64,000 nucleotides of DNA, from contig OZ251231.1 of NCBI GenBank assembly GCA_965240325.2, positions 682,001 through 746,000 on the forward strand. Reading direction: 5' to 3'. The stretch is from Rebecca billardiae RCC1528 (Eukaryota; Protista; Haptophyta). Position numbers and translations under genes: made by a program. Positions 30,980 to 40,626 of this stretch are shown here, in pieces (the stretch's first letter is position 1; every line of letters starts with the position of its first letter). The notes below the pieces were generated by a model. That model did not search any database. It was not told the DNA's origin and saw nothing but the letters and a program-made list of their open reading frames with translations.

Positions 30980-31171
30980 CGGCGAGAAGCGCCGCAGCGC
31001 AGGTCCGCAGCGCCCGCGGCATGACCGCGCACGATGGTTGAGTGGTGTGGCGCAAGAGCACTAGAGCGCCGTGAGGGACGGGTCACGGGCCGGGGGAGAG
31101 CGTTGTGGCATTCATGAGTTCTCCCGCTCTTTGGACAATAATATTGGACCAACTTGAATAAGAACTGAATA

Positions 31172-31219
31172 ATCTCGCCTGCCTGAGCTGTGTGCGTCTC
31201 TTATTCTTAGTAAACTGTA
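31172..31219 (+). repeat. Dispersed repeat A (ATCTCGCCTGCCTGAGCTGTGTGCGTCTCTTATTCTTAGTAAACTGTA)
   Basis: Other copies at 5403, 5602, 22527 (-), 31432 (-, partial), 52311 and a degenerate copy near 22970-23047 (-). Confidence 0.9.
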
Positions 31220-31358
31220 TTACCGCGTATCATCGTGAATGAGCAGGAACCTACCCACGTCGTTAAAGTCGTTGCACCAACAGTACGACTTTTAACGACG
31301 TGGGTAAGTTTGTCATCAACCATCACAGATAGCTATCCTCGAGACCTCGAGTCGTTTG

Positions 31359-31388
<30 letters not shown>

Positions 31389-31389
<1 letters not shown>

Positions 31390-31426
31390 TCCCCTTTATA
31401 AGGGGCTCTGGGTGATCAGACTGGCG
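31389..31426 (+). repeat. Dispersed repeat B, copy 2
   Basis: ttcccctttataaggggctctgggtgatcagactggcg. Confidence 0.85.
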
Positions 31427-31585
31427 CCTAGTACAGTTTACTATAAGAATAAGAGACGCACAGTAACATCTATTAATGATCCTCAGTTGAAAGTGGTGGA
31501 TGAAAGTTACCGACCGCTCGGCCCTCGTCGGCTCGTCCCCCCCCGCCCCCCTTTCGACTCGCTACCAGTACACCACTCAACCATC

Positions 31586-32695
31586 ATGCGCGGTCATGCT
31601 CTGGCTCTGCTTGGGTTCGTGGGCGTGGCAGTGGCAGAAGTCGCCCTTCCGGACCTTGCACCACCGGTGGTACCCCGCAGCATGCAGCTCGACGACGAGC
31701 TCCCAACCACGCACGTGGACGACGCACTGCCAGCGTCCCTTCCGCTCAACATCGACTTGACTGCCGAGGTGCTTGCGGCGGAGGCCATGCAGGAGTCGCG
31801 CAGGCTGCAGGTGTATACGGGAAGCAAGCCGCCAAATCCGTTCCCCAAGGAAGTGCGGCGGTATGGTTGCGCCACTATTGACGGCAGCGACGCGATGTGG
31901 CTCTACTTCAGGGTGGAGTTGGCCGAGCCCGGGTGCCCGGATGGGTGCACCGAAGGGACCCGACTTGTACATGCGCTGCACAGGCAGCTCGATCCGTCGT
32001 ACACGAATGCGGAGCATGAACATTTGTTTCGATGCAGCACGAACTTGCAGCCGATCATTGGCTACAAGTTCGCTGGGTACCCACCAATGTCATGGTGGTT
32101 CGGCTCGTATGATGCTAAGGGCGGGCAACGCTTCCGCTTCCCCTGGAGCAGGTGCAACTTGTCCCCATCCCACCCCGCTGTCTTCCGCTATCGGATCTTC
32201 AAGTCCAAGGAGGCTGAGATCCGTCAGAACCTGGCCAATCTCAAGCTGGACAAGGAGCGCTTCGTGTGTCGGGCGTTCTGCTGTGATGCAGACGTCACGA
32301 TCACTGAGCTTGTGGCTGGCTGCATGGACCAAGCTGCACAGAACTGGGACAGCTCAGCCACATTCCAGCCGTACCGTGCATGTGACTACTCGCTGTCGCC
32401 CACGCTCGGCCAAGAAGCCAACCGCGCCAGCCCGCTCGCCCCTGGACTGGACTGGGCGCCGCACAGCCTGGCCTTGATTATCGCTGGTGTGGCCCTGGTG
32501 TGTGCACAGCTAGTCTGCTTGGTGTTGGTTGCGTGCTACAAGTTCTCTCCGACCATTCGCCGCCGTTATGCTCAGTACAAGATGACCCGCCAGCCGCCTC
32601 ACGAGGTCAGCGAGGTCGACGAAGCACCAGCGCCTGCCCGCCCGGCGCAGCAGAAGGCCAAGGGCGGCCGAGCCTCTGCGCACGCCATCGCATGA
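31586..32695 (+). CDS. Type I membrane protein with a Cys-containing ectodomain
   Basis: Signal peptide MRGHALALLGFVGVAVA; GCMDQAAQNWDSSAT..ACDY motif; C-terminal TM segment followed by a basic tail. Confidence 0.75.
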   Translation: MRGHALALLGFVGVAVAEVALPDLAPPVVPRSMQLDDELPTTHVDDALPASLPLNIDLTAEVLAAEAMQESRRLQVYTGSKPPNPFPKEVRRYGCATIDGSDAMWLYFRVELAEPGCPDGCTEGTRLVHALHRQLDPSYTNAEHEHLFRCSTNLQPIIGYKFAGYPPMSWWFGSYDAKGGQRFRFPWSRCNLSPSHPAVFRYRIFKSKEAEIRQNLANLKLDKERFVCRAFCCDADVTITELVAGCMDQAAQNWDSSATFQPYRACDYSLSPTLGQEANRASPLAPGLDWAPHSLALIIAGVALVCAQLVCLVLVACYKFSPTIRRRYAQYKMTRQPPHEVSEVDEAPAPARPAQQKAKGGRASAHAIA

Positions 32696-33122
32696 TTTGC
32701 CCAAGTTTTGCCATTCGGAGTGCCGCCAGTGCTTGCAGCCGTGGGCAGCTCGGGCACCGGCCGGGCTCCAGACCGAGGCCAGGCGCCATCCTGCCTGCCC
32801 GCGCCCGCGTGATCGTGTGAGTGGCACGTCGTAGCCTGAGTACATTTCCGCCGGTACGGCTTATTGATGGGCACGGACCGTTCGGGCCGACAAGTGATAG
32901 ACAAGTGATATATAGCTACCGTGTGATGAGTGTGACTGCATGAGTCTCGGGCCGGCGAGGACTCCGACTCGGCAGCCCTGCGCCGCCTGCGGCACGGGCC
33001 TGCGGCTGCGGCCTGCCGGCGGGTCAAGTCCGCGTCACGTGACCCAATGATTATGATCCGCCACGTAGCCCGAATCAGGGATGACGGAAAATCGCTCGTT
33101 TGTCTCATTGTCAGCCCGTAGC

Positions 33123-34487
33123 TTAGTTAGTACTTAGTACTTGGGCGGTCTGCTTGAGCGCCCCACGTGTGCCGTCGTCGGCCAGCAGCACCTCTGCGCG
33201 CAGCCGCGCCGGCGGCCCCGCAAATGGCGTCGTGTGCATCGGCTGGGTGCCATCCTCGTGCAGCAATGCCGTCAGGTGGGCGGCGTGAGGTTGATAGAAT
33301 GTGTTGAGCTCTGCCTCGATGCGCGGCCCGAAGGGCGTGCGCTGCCCCTGAGTCGTCCGGTTGGCCGCTGCGATCGTGCCGTTCGGCTCGCCACATGCAC
33401 CAGAGGCCCAGGTCATTTCTGAGCCGATGAAGGCCGCAAGATCGCGCAGGGTGCGCTCAGGCGCGGCGAGGTAGCCGACAAAGGAGACGAGCGAGACCTG
33501 GTCTGGCGCGAACGCACCAAGCAGAGCGCGCAGCTGGGGCGCATACACTCCCGCAGCGATCGGGCTGTGCCGGCCGCCACACGAAGTGTTGTAGAGCGCG
33601 TCGGCACCCGCCAGGTTGAGCCCCCGTGCCGTCGCGCATGCACGCGTCGCGTTCAGCCATTCCGCAGCCCACGCGTCCAGCCCCTCCTGACCCTGAGCCG
33701 CGTGGGCAGTGGACTCGGGGGCGTCGCCAAAGGTGGGGCCATGCAGCTTGCCCTTGCGCCACCACATGTCGTACACTGAGCGCAGCCGCGAGACTGGGTT
33801 GCGTACGATCGCCACAAGCCGTACGCGCGAGAGCGGAGACGGCATGCCTGGCTCCGGTCCTATTGGCAGAGCCGCATATAGCTCTCTCGCGCGCGCCGGG
33901 AAATTTGGATCGCGCATGTAGTTCGGCGTGGCGTCGATCGCCAGGCTGGGAGCGCTGCGCTGCGGTGGCTGCACGCGCCCGTGTGCGCTTTGAGTTTGGC
34001 GACAAGCGCCACCTCTCTCCGCTTCGGCAGGCCCCGCCTCTGCGGCTGCCGTCCGCTCGCTCAGCTCGCAGCGGGGGAATAGGTGCGCATACTCGCGCGC
34101 GTGCCTCGCAGTAAAGCGACGCTCGCGGTCAAAGAAGTGCACCTCCTTGCGATGCCCGTGAGCCCTGCGCGCCCTCGAGCCCCCGTGGGCGTGGGCGCCA
34201 CGAGCACTCGGCGCATGCCCCATGGCTGGCGCAACGCCGTCAATGTGCGTGATGATGTCGGTCCACAGCGACGACGTGGCGCATTTTTGGCAGCCTACCA
34301 GTAGGAGTGTCGGCAGCATGAACCCGTCGATGCACAAAGGGTGCCAGGTGTGCGTGGGACCAGTTCTAGTAGCGACGACAGCGCTGGACGGCATGTTGCC
34401 AGCCTGCCACCCCAGCTGGCGGGGGGCCGCGGCGGCGCGACGGCCGACGGGCCCCCCGCTCCAAACAAGCAAAATGGCGGCCGCCAA
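33123..34487 (-). CDS. Heparan-sulfate 3-O/N-sulfotransferase-like PAPS sulfotransferase (start uncertain; first in-frame ATG at 34394)
   Basis: LLVGCQKCATSSL (5'-PSB), KEVHFFD, DATPNY, IVRNPVSRLRS (3'-PB). Confidence 0.8.
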   Translation of the reverse strand: MAAAILLVWSGGPVGRRAAAAPRQLGWQAGNMPSSAVVATRTGPTHTWHPLCIDGFMLPTLLLVGCQKCATSSLWTDIITHIDGVAPAMGHAPSARGAHAHGGSRARRAHGHRKEVHFFDRERRFTARHAREYAHLFPRCELSERTAAAEAGPAEAERGGACRQTQSAHGRVQPPQRSAPSLAIDATPNYMRDPNFPARARELYAALPIGPEPGMPSPLSRVRLVAIVRNPVSRLRSVYDMWWRKGKLHGPTFGDAPESTAHAAQGQEGLDAWAAEWLNATRACATARGLNLAGADALYNTSCGGRHSPIAAGVYAPQLRALLGAFAPDQVSLVSFVGYLAAPERTLRDLAAFIGSEMTWASGACGEPNGTIAAANRTTQGQRTPFGPRIEAELNTFYQPHAAHLTALLHEDGTQPMHTTPFAGPPARLRAEVLLADDGTRGALKQTAQVLSTN

Positions 34488-34505
34488 GATGAAGGGTGAG
34501 CGCCC

Positions 34506-35795
34506 ATGAGGTCGTCACGTTCGGCAGTCGCCGCTGTGGTATGGGCAACTCTCGCAGCCAGCCGTGCTAGGGGAGAGCATACACCGGGCGCGTCCCCGTG
34601 CGTAGGAGGGCGCCTACTTCCGACCGTCCTCATTGTTGGTGCGCAGAAGTGTGGCACGAGCTCACTCAAGCGCGACCTGCTCATGCACGCGCGCGGTGTC
34701 ATGGTCCCCCTCACTTCAAAGCTCAAACACAAGAGCTGCGGCCGGGCTGACTGCGACTTTCATCGGTTTCGGCCGCGGCTGCTCCAGCGCGAGCTCCACT
34801 TCTTGGACAACGGCACGGGTGAGCTCAGTCGTGGCGCAGTTGGGTACGCATCGTACTACCCACTGTGTCCGGCGGATGGGCAGCCGCAGTTCGCACTTGA
34901 CAAGACGCCAAACTACATGCGACATGTGGGCTTTTCCGCCGCGGCGGCAGCGCTGTACGGCCGTGTCCCGGCCGTCGGGCTCGAAGCTACGCTCGATCGC
35001 GTCCGGCTAATCGTCTCTGTGCGCCATCCTGTCCAGCGCCTCCGCTCATTCTATGACATGCGAACATTCCGTGACAGGCGAATGCGGACCAAGCCGAGCG
35101 GGGGAGGCGATGCAGGCGCGTCGGTGCGCAATTTTGAGCTGAGCGAGTGGGCAATCGCGCTCCTCAATGCTACCATGCGATGCGCCGCTTCGCACGCCCT
35201 CGACGTGTCCGGACCCCTCGGGCTGCATGGCTCGGAGTGCGCCGCGCGCCGCGGGCCCGGACGAGAGCTCGAGACGGGCATCTATGCCCCTCAGCTGCGC
35301 GAGATGCTGGCGTCATTCCCCGCTCGGCAGCTGGCTCTGGTCTCCTTTGCGGGGTACGTGTGCGCCCCGCAGCGCACGGTGTGTGACCTTGCGCGCTTCA
35401 TCGGCAGCAGCGCACCGGCGCTGGGCAGTGCCTGCGGAGATGGCCCTTCCACCGGCGCTCGTGCCGTCACACCCCCGCCTGCGCACGCCGAGCGCACCGG
35501 GCAGGGGAGCGACATGCCCCTTGGGCGCGAAAATGCGTCCTCCTTCGCCGCGGCGAACCCTGCTCGAAGGCGACACGCGTTCGGCGCTGCAGCTCGCACC
35601 GCGCTTGACGCATTCTACAAGCCACATGCCGCCCACCTGACGGCACTGCTGCGCGAGGATGGCACCCAGCCGATGCTCACGACGCCATTTGCGGGGCCGC
35701 CGGCGCGGCTGCGCGCAGAGGTGCTGCTGGCCGACGACGGCGCAGCTGAAGCCATGGCGGAAGCGTGTAGCAGCATCAGAGCGCGGCTGCAATAA
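34506..35795 (+). CDS. Heparan-sulfate 3-O/N-sulfotransferase-like PAPS sulfotransferase
   Basis: Signal-like N-terminus; IVGAQKCGTSSL, RELHFLD, DKTPNY, VRHPVQRLRS. Confidence 0.85.
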   Translation: MRSSRSAVAAVVWATLAASRARGEHTPGASPCVGGRLLPTVLIVGAQKCGTSSLKRDLLMHARGVMVPLTSKLKHKSCGRADCDFHRFRPRLLQRELHFLDNGTGELSRGAVGYASYYPLCPADGQPQFALDKTPNYMRHVGFSAAAAALYGRVPAVGLEATLDRVRLIVSVRHPVQRLRSFYDMRTFRDRRMRTKPSGGGDAGASVRNFELSEWAIALLNATMRCAASHALDVSGPLGLHGSECAARRGPGRELETGIYAPQLREMLASFPARQLALVSFAGYVCAPQRTVCDLARFIGSSAPALGSACGDGPSTGARAVTPPPAHAERTGQGSDMPLGRENASSFAAANPARRRHAFGAAARTALDAFYKPHAAHLTALLREDGTQPMLTTPFAGPPARLRAEVLLADDGAAEAMAEACSSIRARLQ

Positions 35796-35967
35796 GCAGC
35801 TGTCGTCACTGATCATTGACAATGATGATAGACGACTCAATGATCGATGATATGAATGATATATGAATCATCATCATCATCATCGTCGGCGTCATGGGTG
35901 TTATTATTGCTGGGTGATCGGTCGTCATCATCATTTGTGATTTTGTCGGTCCGACGGGCAACGATAA

Positions 35968-35971
<4 letters not shown>

Positions 35972-36064
<93 letters not shown>
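35972..36064. repeat. (AG)n microsatellite
   Basis: Direct reading. Confidence 0.9.
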
Positions 36065-36066
<2 letters not shown>

Positions 36067-37267
36067 ATTCTACACATGCATGACGACGCGAGTACGGAGT
36101 AGCTAACATCACTGCTCTAAATAATGTCACATCACAGTCCGTCTGACGGCGCGCGTTGACCGCGTTGTGGTTTTACAATTTTACAGCAGACGATGATGAT
36201 GCGCAGCAGCAGCCGGGGGCAAAGCGTACCCGGCACGCCGCAGCAGCGCCAGCCGCCGCCAGCAAGCCAGCTGAGCAGAGCGGCAAGCGGGCACGCGGCC
36301 GCGCAGGGCACACGGGGCCGACGACTACATCACCGCTGGACCACCCGCCAGGGCTCAGCGGCTGGGACGGCCGTCTGACATCCGGACCTGCACCCTCGCC
36401 CTCGCTCGGGGCACAGCAGCCAGCAGGTCCATGCGAGCAGCGCAGCGCAGGTGGATCGCGCTCCAGCAGCTCAATTTCAAGGCCGCGCTCAAGCCATTCG
36501 CGATGATCGATCGCGGTTCAGGCTATGCTCTGCCACCAACACCGACTTCGTGTCGACGATCGGGCACTGCCGACGACGAATCAGGACGGACCTGCGCCGT
36601 CCTACCTACGTGCTGTCGTTGACCTGCGCCGCCCTAGCTACCTGTGTCGTTAAATCAAAATACATAGAATAAGAATATCATGATGAGTATAGGCACCCCG
36701 CCACGTGCGGTTCCGCCAATATCAATAATCGTCATTTATATTATGGCCACATATCATATTGGCCATGGGCGGGGTGAATTGTACGGCACTACTTGGCAGC
36801 TATGTGACGAGACTGCTCGTAACCACTGAGTAGTGTCAGTCATCATCGCGTATATATGAGTGTCAGTGCCGAAGTCATCTGCCAAACTATACCGTGAATA
36901 AACTACTCACTCGGTAACGGACACGGTAACGGTGATGAATCTGAATGCCCGCGAATGGTCGTCACTATCAGATGGTGCCACTATACTCTGACGGCTGACT
37001 GTGACTAGCTGTGAGCTGTGAGACAGTCAACGGTGCGGCCGCTCAGAGTCAGACACGACAGCGCGGTGCACCGCAGCGTGGCCGTGCCGGCGGCGGCGCG
37101 CACGGCGCGTGTAGTTACTAGTTAGGGTCACGAGCTGGAGCAGCGCGCTGCCGGCGCGCGCGCTGCCAAGCAGCCGGCCGGGCGACAAGGCGACACGCTG
37201 AGCCAGCCGGCCAAGAGGCAGCGTGAGCGGCCCGCGGGGAGCACGCGCCACGCTGGCGGCTCATCAG

Positions 37268-40200
37268 TCACGTGCTCACGTTGGCAGGCGGCGCAAACAT
37301 GGCGAGGAAGTCCGGGCTGAGCGAGGAGGCGAATGGCGGCGTCGTCGGCTCGGAGGGCGCCGACGCGCCGGACGGACCGCCGGCGATGCAGCTACACGAG
37401 CACCGAGCCTCCGCATGCGCGCGCCTGCCGCTCGAGAGCGACCGGCGGCGCGGCTGCACGGCGGCTGCGCCCGGCGACTCGAAGGTCGAGACGGCACACG
37501 AGGCCGTCTCGAGCGAAGGGCGGCGTTCTGCGCCGCGGGCGCGCGCGCGCACGGCGGGCTCGTCCCGCAGCGAGTCGCCGGCCGGCGAGAAGGCGTAGCC
37601 GTGGCCGAGCATGCTGAGCGCGGGCGCCTCTGACGCGCCGCCGCCCGACAGCCGCCGCGCGCCGGTGGCGCCGCCGCCTGTCCCGCTGTGCTTGCGGCTG
37701 CCGCCAGCGGCCGTGCCGGTGGGCGTGCCCGCAGCGGAGACGCACGGGCTGCCGAACACCTTGAGCGGCGGCTCGCGCGCGTGCGTCGGCTTGGCACCGC
37801 CGCCGACGCCTGCGCCGCCGCCGAGCACGGCGCCGGGCTCGCGCATGGCGCGGTGCGGACCCCCTGGCTTCCGCGCGGCGCCTGAAGACTTAGTCGAGCG
37901 CTCGGCTGCGGCCCGGTGCGCGCCCGCCGCCGAGCGGGGCAGCGCGCTGCTGCGCAGGACGCTCGCGCCGCCGCCGCCGCCGCCCGCCGCCGCCCACGGC
38001 GCGCCAGGCAGCGCGTGCGATCCGTCGTCATCGCCGCCGCCGGGCCGCGGCGCGCCGCCCGCTGCGCTCCCCAGCCCTTGTCTCTCGTGCGCCGCGTAGC
38101 CCGCACCCGCACCCGCGCCGGCGCCGGCGCCGGCGCCTCCGGCGCCTCCGGCGCTCTGTGCGGTGCGCGGGGAGAAGCTCTCGAATGCCACGTCGCTCAC
38201 CACCACGGCCGCCCGCGAGGAGCCGCGCGCCGCCGCCGGGCGGTCGTGCGGCCCCCAGCCGCCCGTCGCGTCGTGCATCTCGCCGTCGGACAGCTGCGCA
38301 TACGCCGGCCGAAGGGCGTGTAGGAACGGGTCTGCCTGTGCCTGCGGCGCGCGCGGCGCAGGAGCGCGCGTCGCGCGGCGCGGGGCGCACGCGCGGCGGG
38401 GCGGGCAGGAGAGGGGCGCGGCGGAGGTGTGAGCGCGCACGCGCGGGCGGCGTCGCGCGGAAGGGTGCCCTCGGCGGCGTGCGCCCGCAGCACCGCCCCA
38501 GCAGCCGGCCCCGCAGCACAGCAGGCCGGGCAGCGCGCAGGCGCGCGCGGCACAGCGCGGTCCCCCGGGGCGGCACACACCAGCGCTGGGCCCAGACCGG
38601 TCGGTGAGCTCGCCGTCAGCGGGAGCAGCGACTGCGGCGGCGAGAAGTCGTTCAGCCCGGTGCGCTTGCGCGCACGCGCCGCCGACGCCTGCCTGCGCGC
38701 GTTCAGGTGCTCCTCCAGCGATCGGATCCCCGCCTGCTGCGCGCCGGCCGCGCCGGCCGCGCCGGCCGCGCCGGCCGCGCCGGCCGCGCCGGCCGCGCCG
38801 GCCGCTGCCGTCGCCCCAGGCTCATCGAGCATGCGCCCGGTGGGTGAGCCCAGGATGGCGCCCGCGCCGCCGGCTGCCGCGCTGGCCGAGATGGGCGCGG
38901 GCGCGGCGGACGGCTTGCGCGCCTCGCGCGCCTCGCGCCCGTCCGCCGCCGACCGCTCCGCTGAGCGCTCCAGCCGGCCCTGCCGCTCGGCGCGATCTCG
39001 ATCGCGATCTCGCAGATCGCGATCTCGCTCGGCCGAGCGATCGGCGGCGCGCTGCTGCTGCTTGGCGCTGCCGCCGTGCGGCCCGGCCGCGCTCGGGTTG
39101 CCGGGCGTGGCCGGCGCCGCGGCCGGCAGCTTGGCGGCAGAGGGCGGCGGATCTTCGAGGAACAGCGCCTGCGCGCGCGCGGTGCCGCGCCGCGCCGTGC
39201 CGCGCGCGCTCGAGTCAGCAGCCGCCGGGCACGGGCGCGGGCAGGTGTCGCACGCAGCCAAGGCCGGGGGCTCGGGCGCGCGCGCGCGCGTGGGTCGCGC
39301 GGGGCGTGGCGCGCACGCACCTGCCCGGGCACCTTGCCCCGCGAGTGCGGCCTCTGCGCGAACAGCCGCGCGCCGCCCGGCGGCGGCATCGGCGCGCCGC
39401 CCTCCACCGAGCCCATTAGCAGGCTGTGGCCATCCATCCCGCCCATGTCAGCCATGCGCCCGCCGCTGGCGGAGGAGGTGGAGGCGACGGAGAGGAACAT
39501 GGCCTCCTGCGGGGGCCGCTGCCGCGACGGCGGCCGCTCGCCGAGCAGCGAGCCCGAGCCCTCGGCACCCGCCTCGTGCTCTCCTGGCACCGCCGGCCGC
39601 TGCGAGCGGTAGCGGCCGGCGCTGTTGAACATTCGCGTCACGGGCACGATCGGTGGCGGCCGTGGGCCGCGCGCGCTCGAGTGGCGCAGCCCGCGCGGCC
39701 CGGCGGGGAGGAGCGGGTGCACGCCGCCCGCGCCCCCGCCGCCGTCGACGCAGCTACCCACGTCGCCTGCCGCGCCCGCGCCGCCGCCCGCCGCGCCGCC
39801 TGCGCCGCCGCCCGCTGCGGACTCCGCGTTGGCACAGCCTGCCAGCGGTGCTGGCCGGCCGGCCGCGGCGAGCGGGGCGCGGCTATCCGCAGAGACGGGC
39901 GACATGGGGCTCTCGTGAGCCGCGGGCAGCCGCGTCCGTCCGGCGGCCGACGAGCCCGCGGACGCGCCGGTCTGCGCGGAGCGCGGGACCTCGCGGGTCG
40001 GCGACTGCAGCTGGCGCGCGCCTCCGCTCGACTCGAGAGCGTCGACCAAGCCAGGGCTGGGGTGGTCGGACGAGGCCGACACGTCCGAGAGGTACGAGTA
40101 CGCCTCGACGGCGCCGAGGGAGCCGAACGGCGAGCCCAGGTTGCCCGTCGGCGAGAGAGGCGAGCCGGGCGTTGGCGGCGGGATTGGATCCTCGCCGACA

Positions 40201-40510
40201 GGCAGGGCTGCGCGGCGCGTGCGCGCGAGTGAGCGGGAGCGGGCGCCCACGGGCGTGAGCGCTCAGCCTCGGCCTTGCGCGCGTGGGCGCACGAGCGGGC
40301 GCACACGGCACGCGCGTGGGAGCCGCAAGGGCTTGCGCCGCGCGAACAAAGCGCGGCGCGGCGCGCACAGGTGAATCCAAACTCGCGCTCGATGACTTGG
40401 CCGGGCTCGCTTCCGCCGACGCCACCGCGTGCCGAGTCACGCGCCGGCGCAGTGGCGCACTCGCGGTTGAGCTGCCACGCGCCGAGGCCGGGGACCTCGG
40501 CGTGCGCCAT
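37268..40510 (-). CDS. Multi-exon low-complexity hypothetical protein
   Basis: Coding-like segments in ORFs 38703-40250, 38197-39261 and 37268-38578 separated by GC-rich GT..CAG intron-like stretches; candidate ATG at 40510; no recognisable domain. Confidence 0.45.
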
Positions 40511-40626
40511 CGTCAGTGCCGACCCTCCCTCCGCCCGAGACACCGGGAGGCCGGGTCGGGGCTTGTTGCGGGAACCGCCTGGCTCGCTGAGCGCGTTGCT
40601 GTGTGCCTGTGTCGACCTTCGGCAGC

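Noticed and set aside
31172-31219. Repeat A as Nextera adapter contamination (shares GTCTCTTAT)
   Set aside because: Only 9 bases match the mosaic end, and the copies show natural divergence and indels.
31235-31585. N-terminal extension of the 486-aa ORF
   Set aside because: It translates a hairpin, a TA microsatellite and repeats A and B; the real start is ATG 31586.
36156-36672. Short ORFs with NLS-like basic motifs
   Set aside because: They are fragmentary with no domain evidence.
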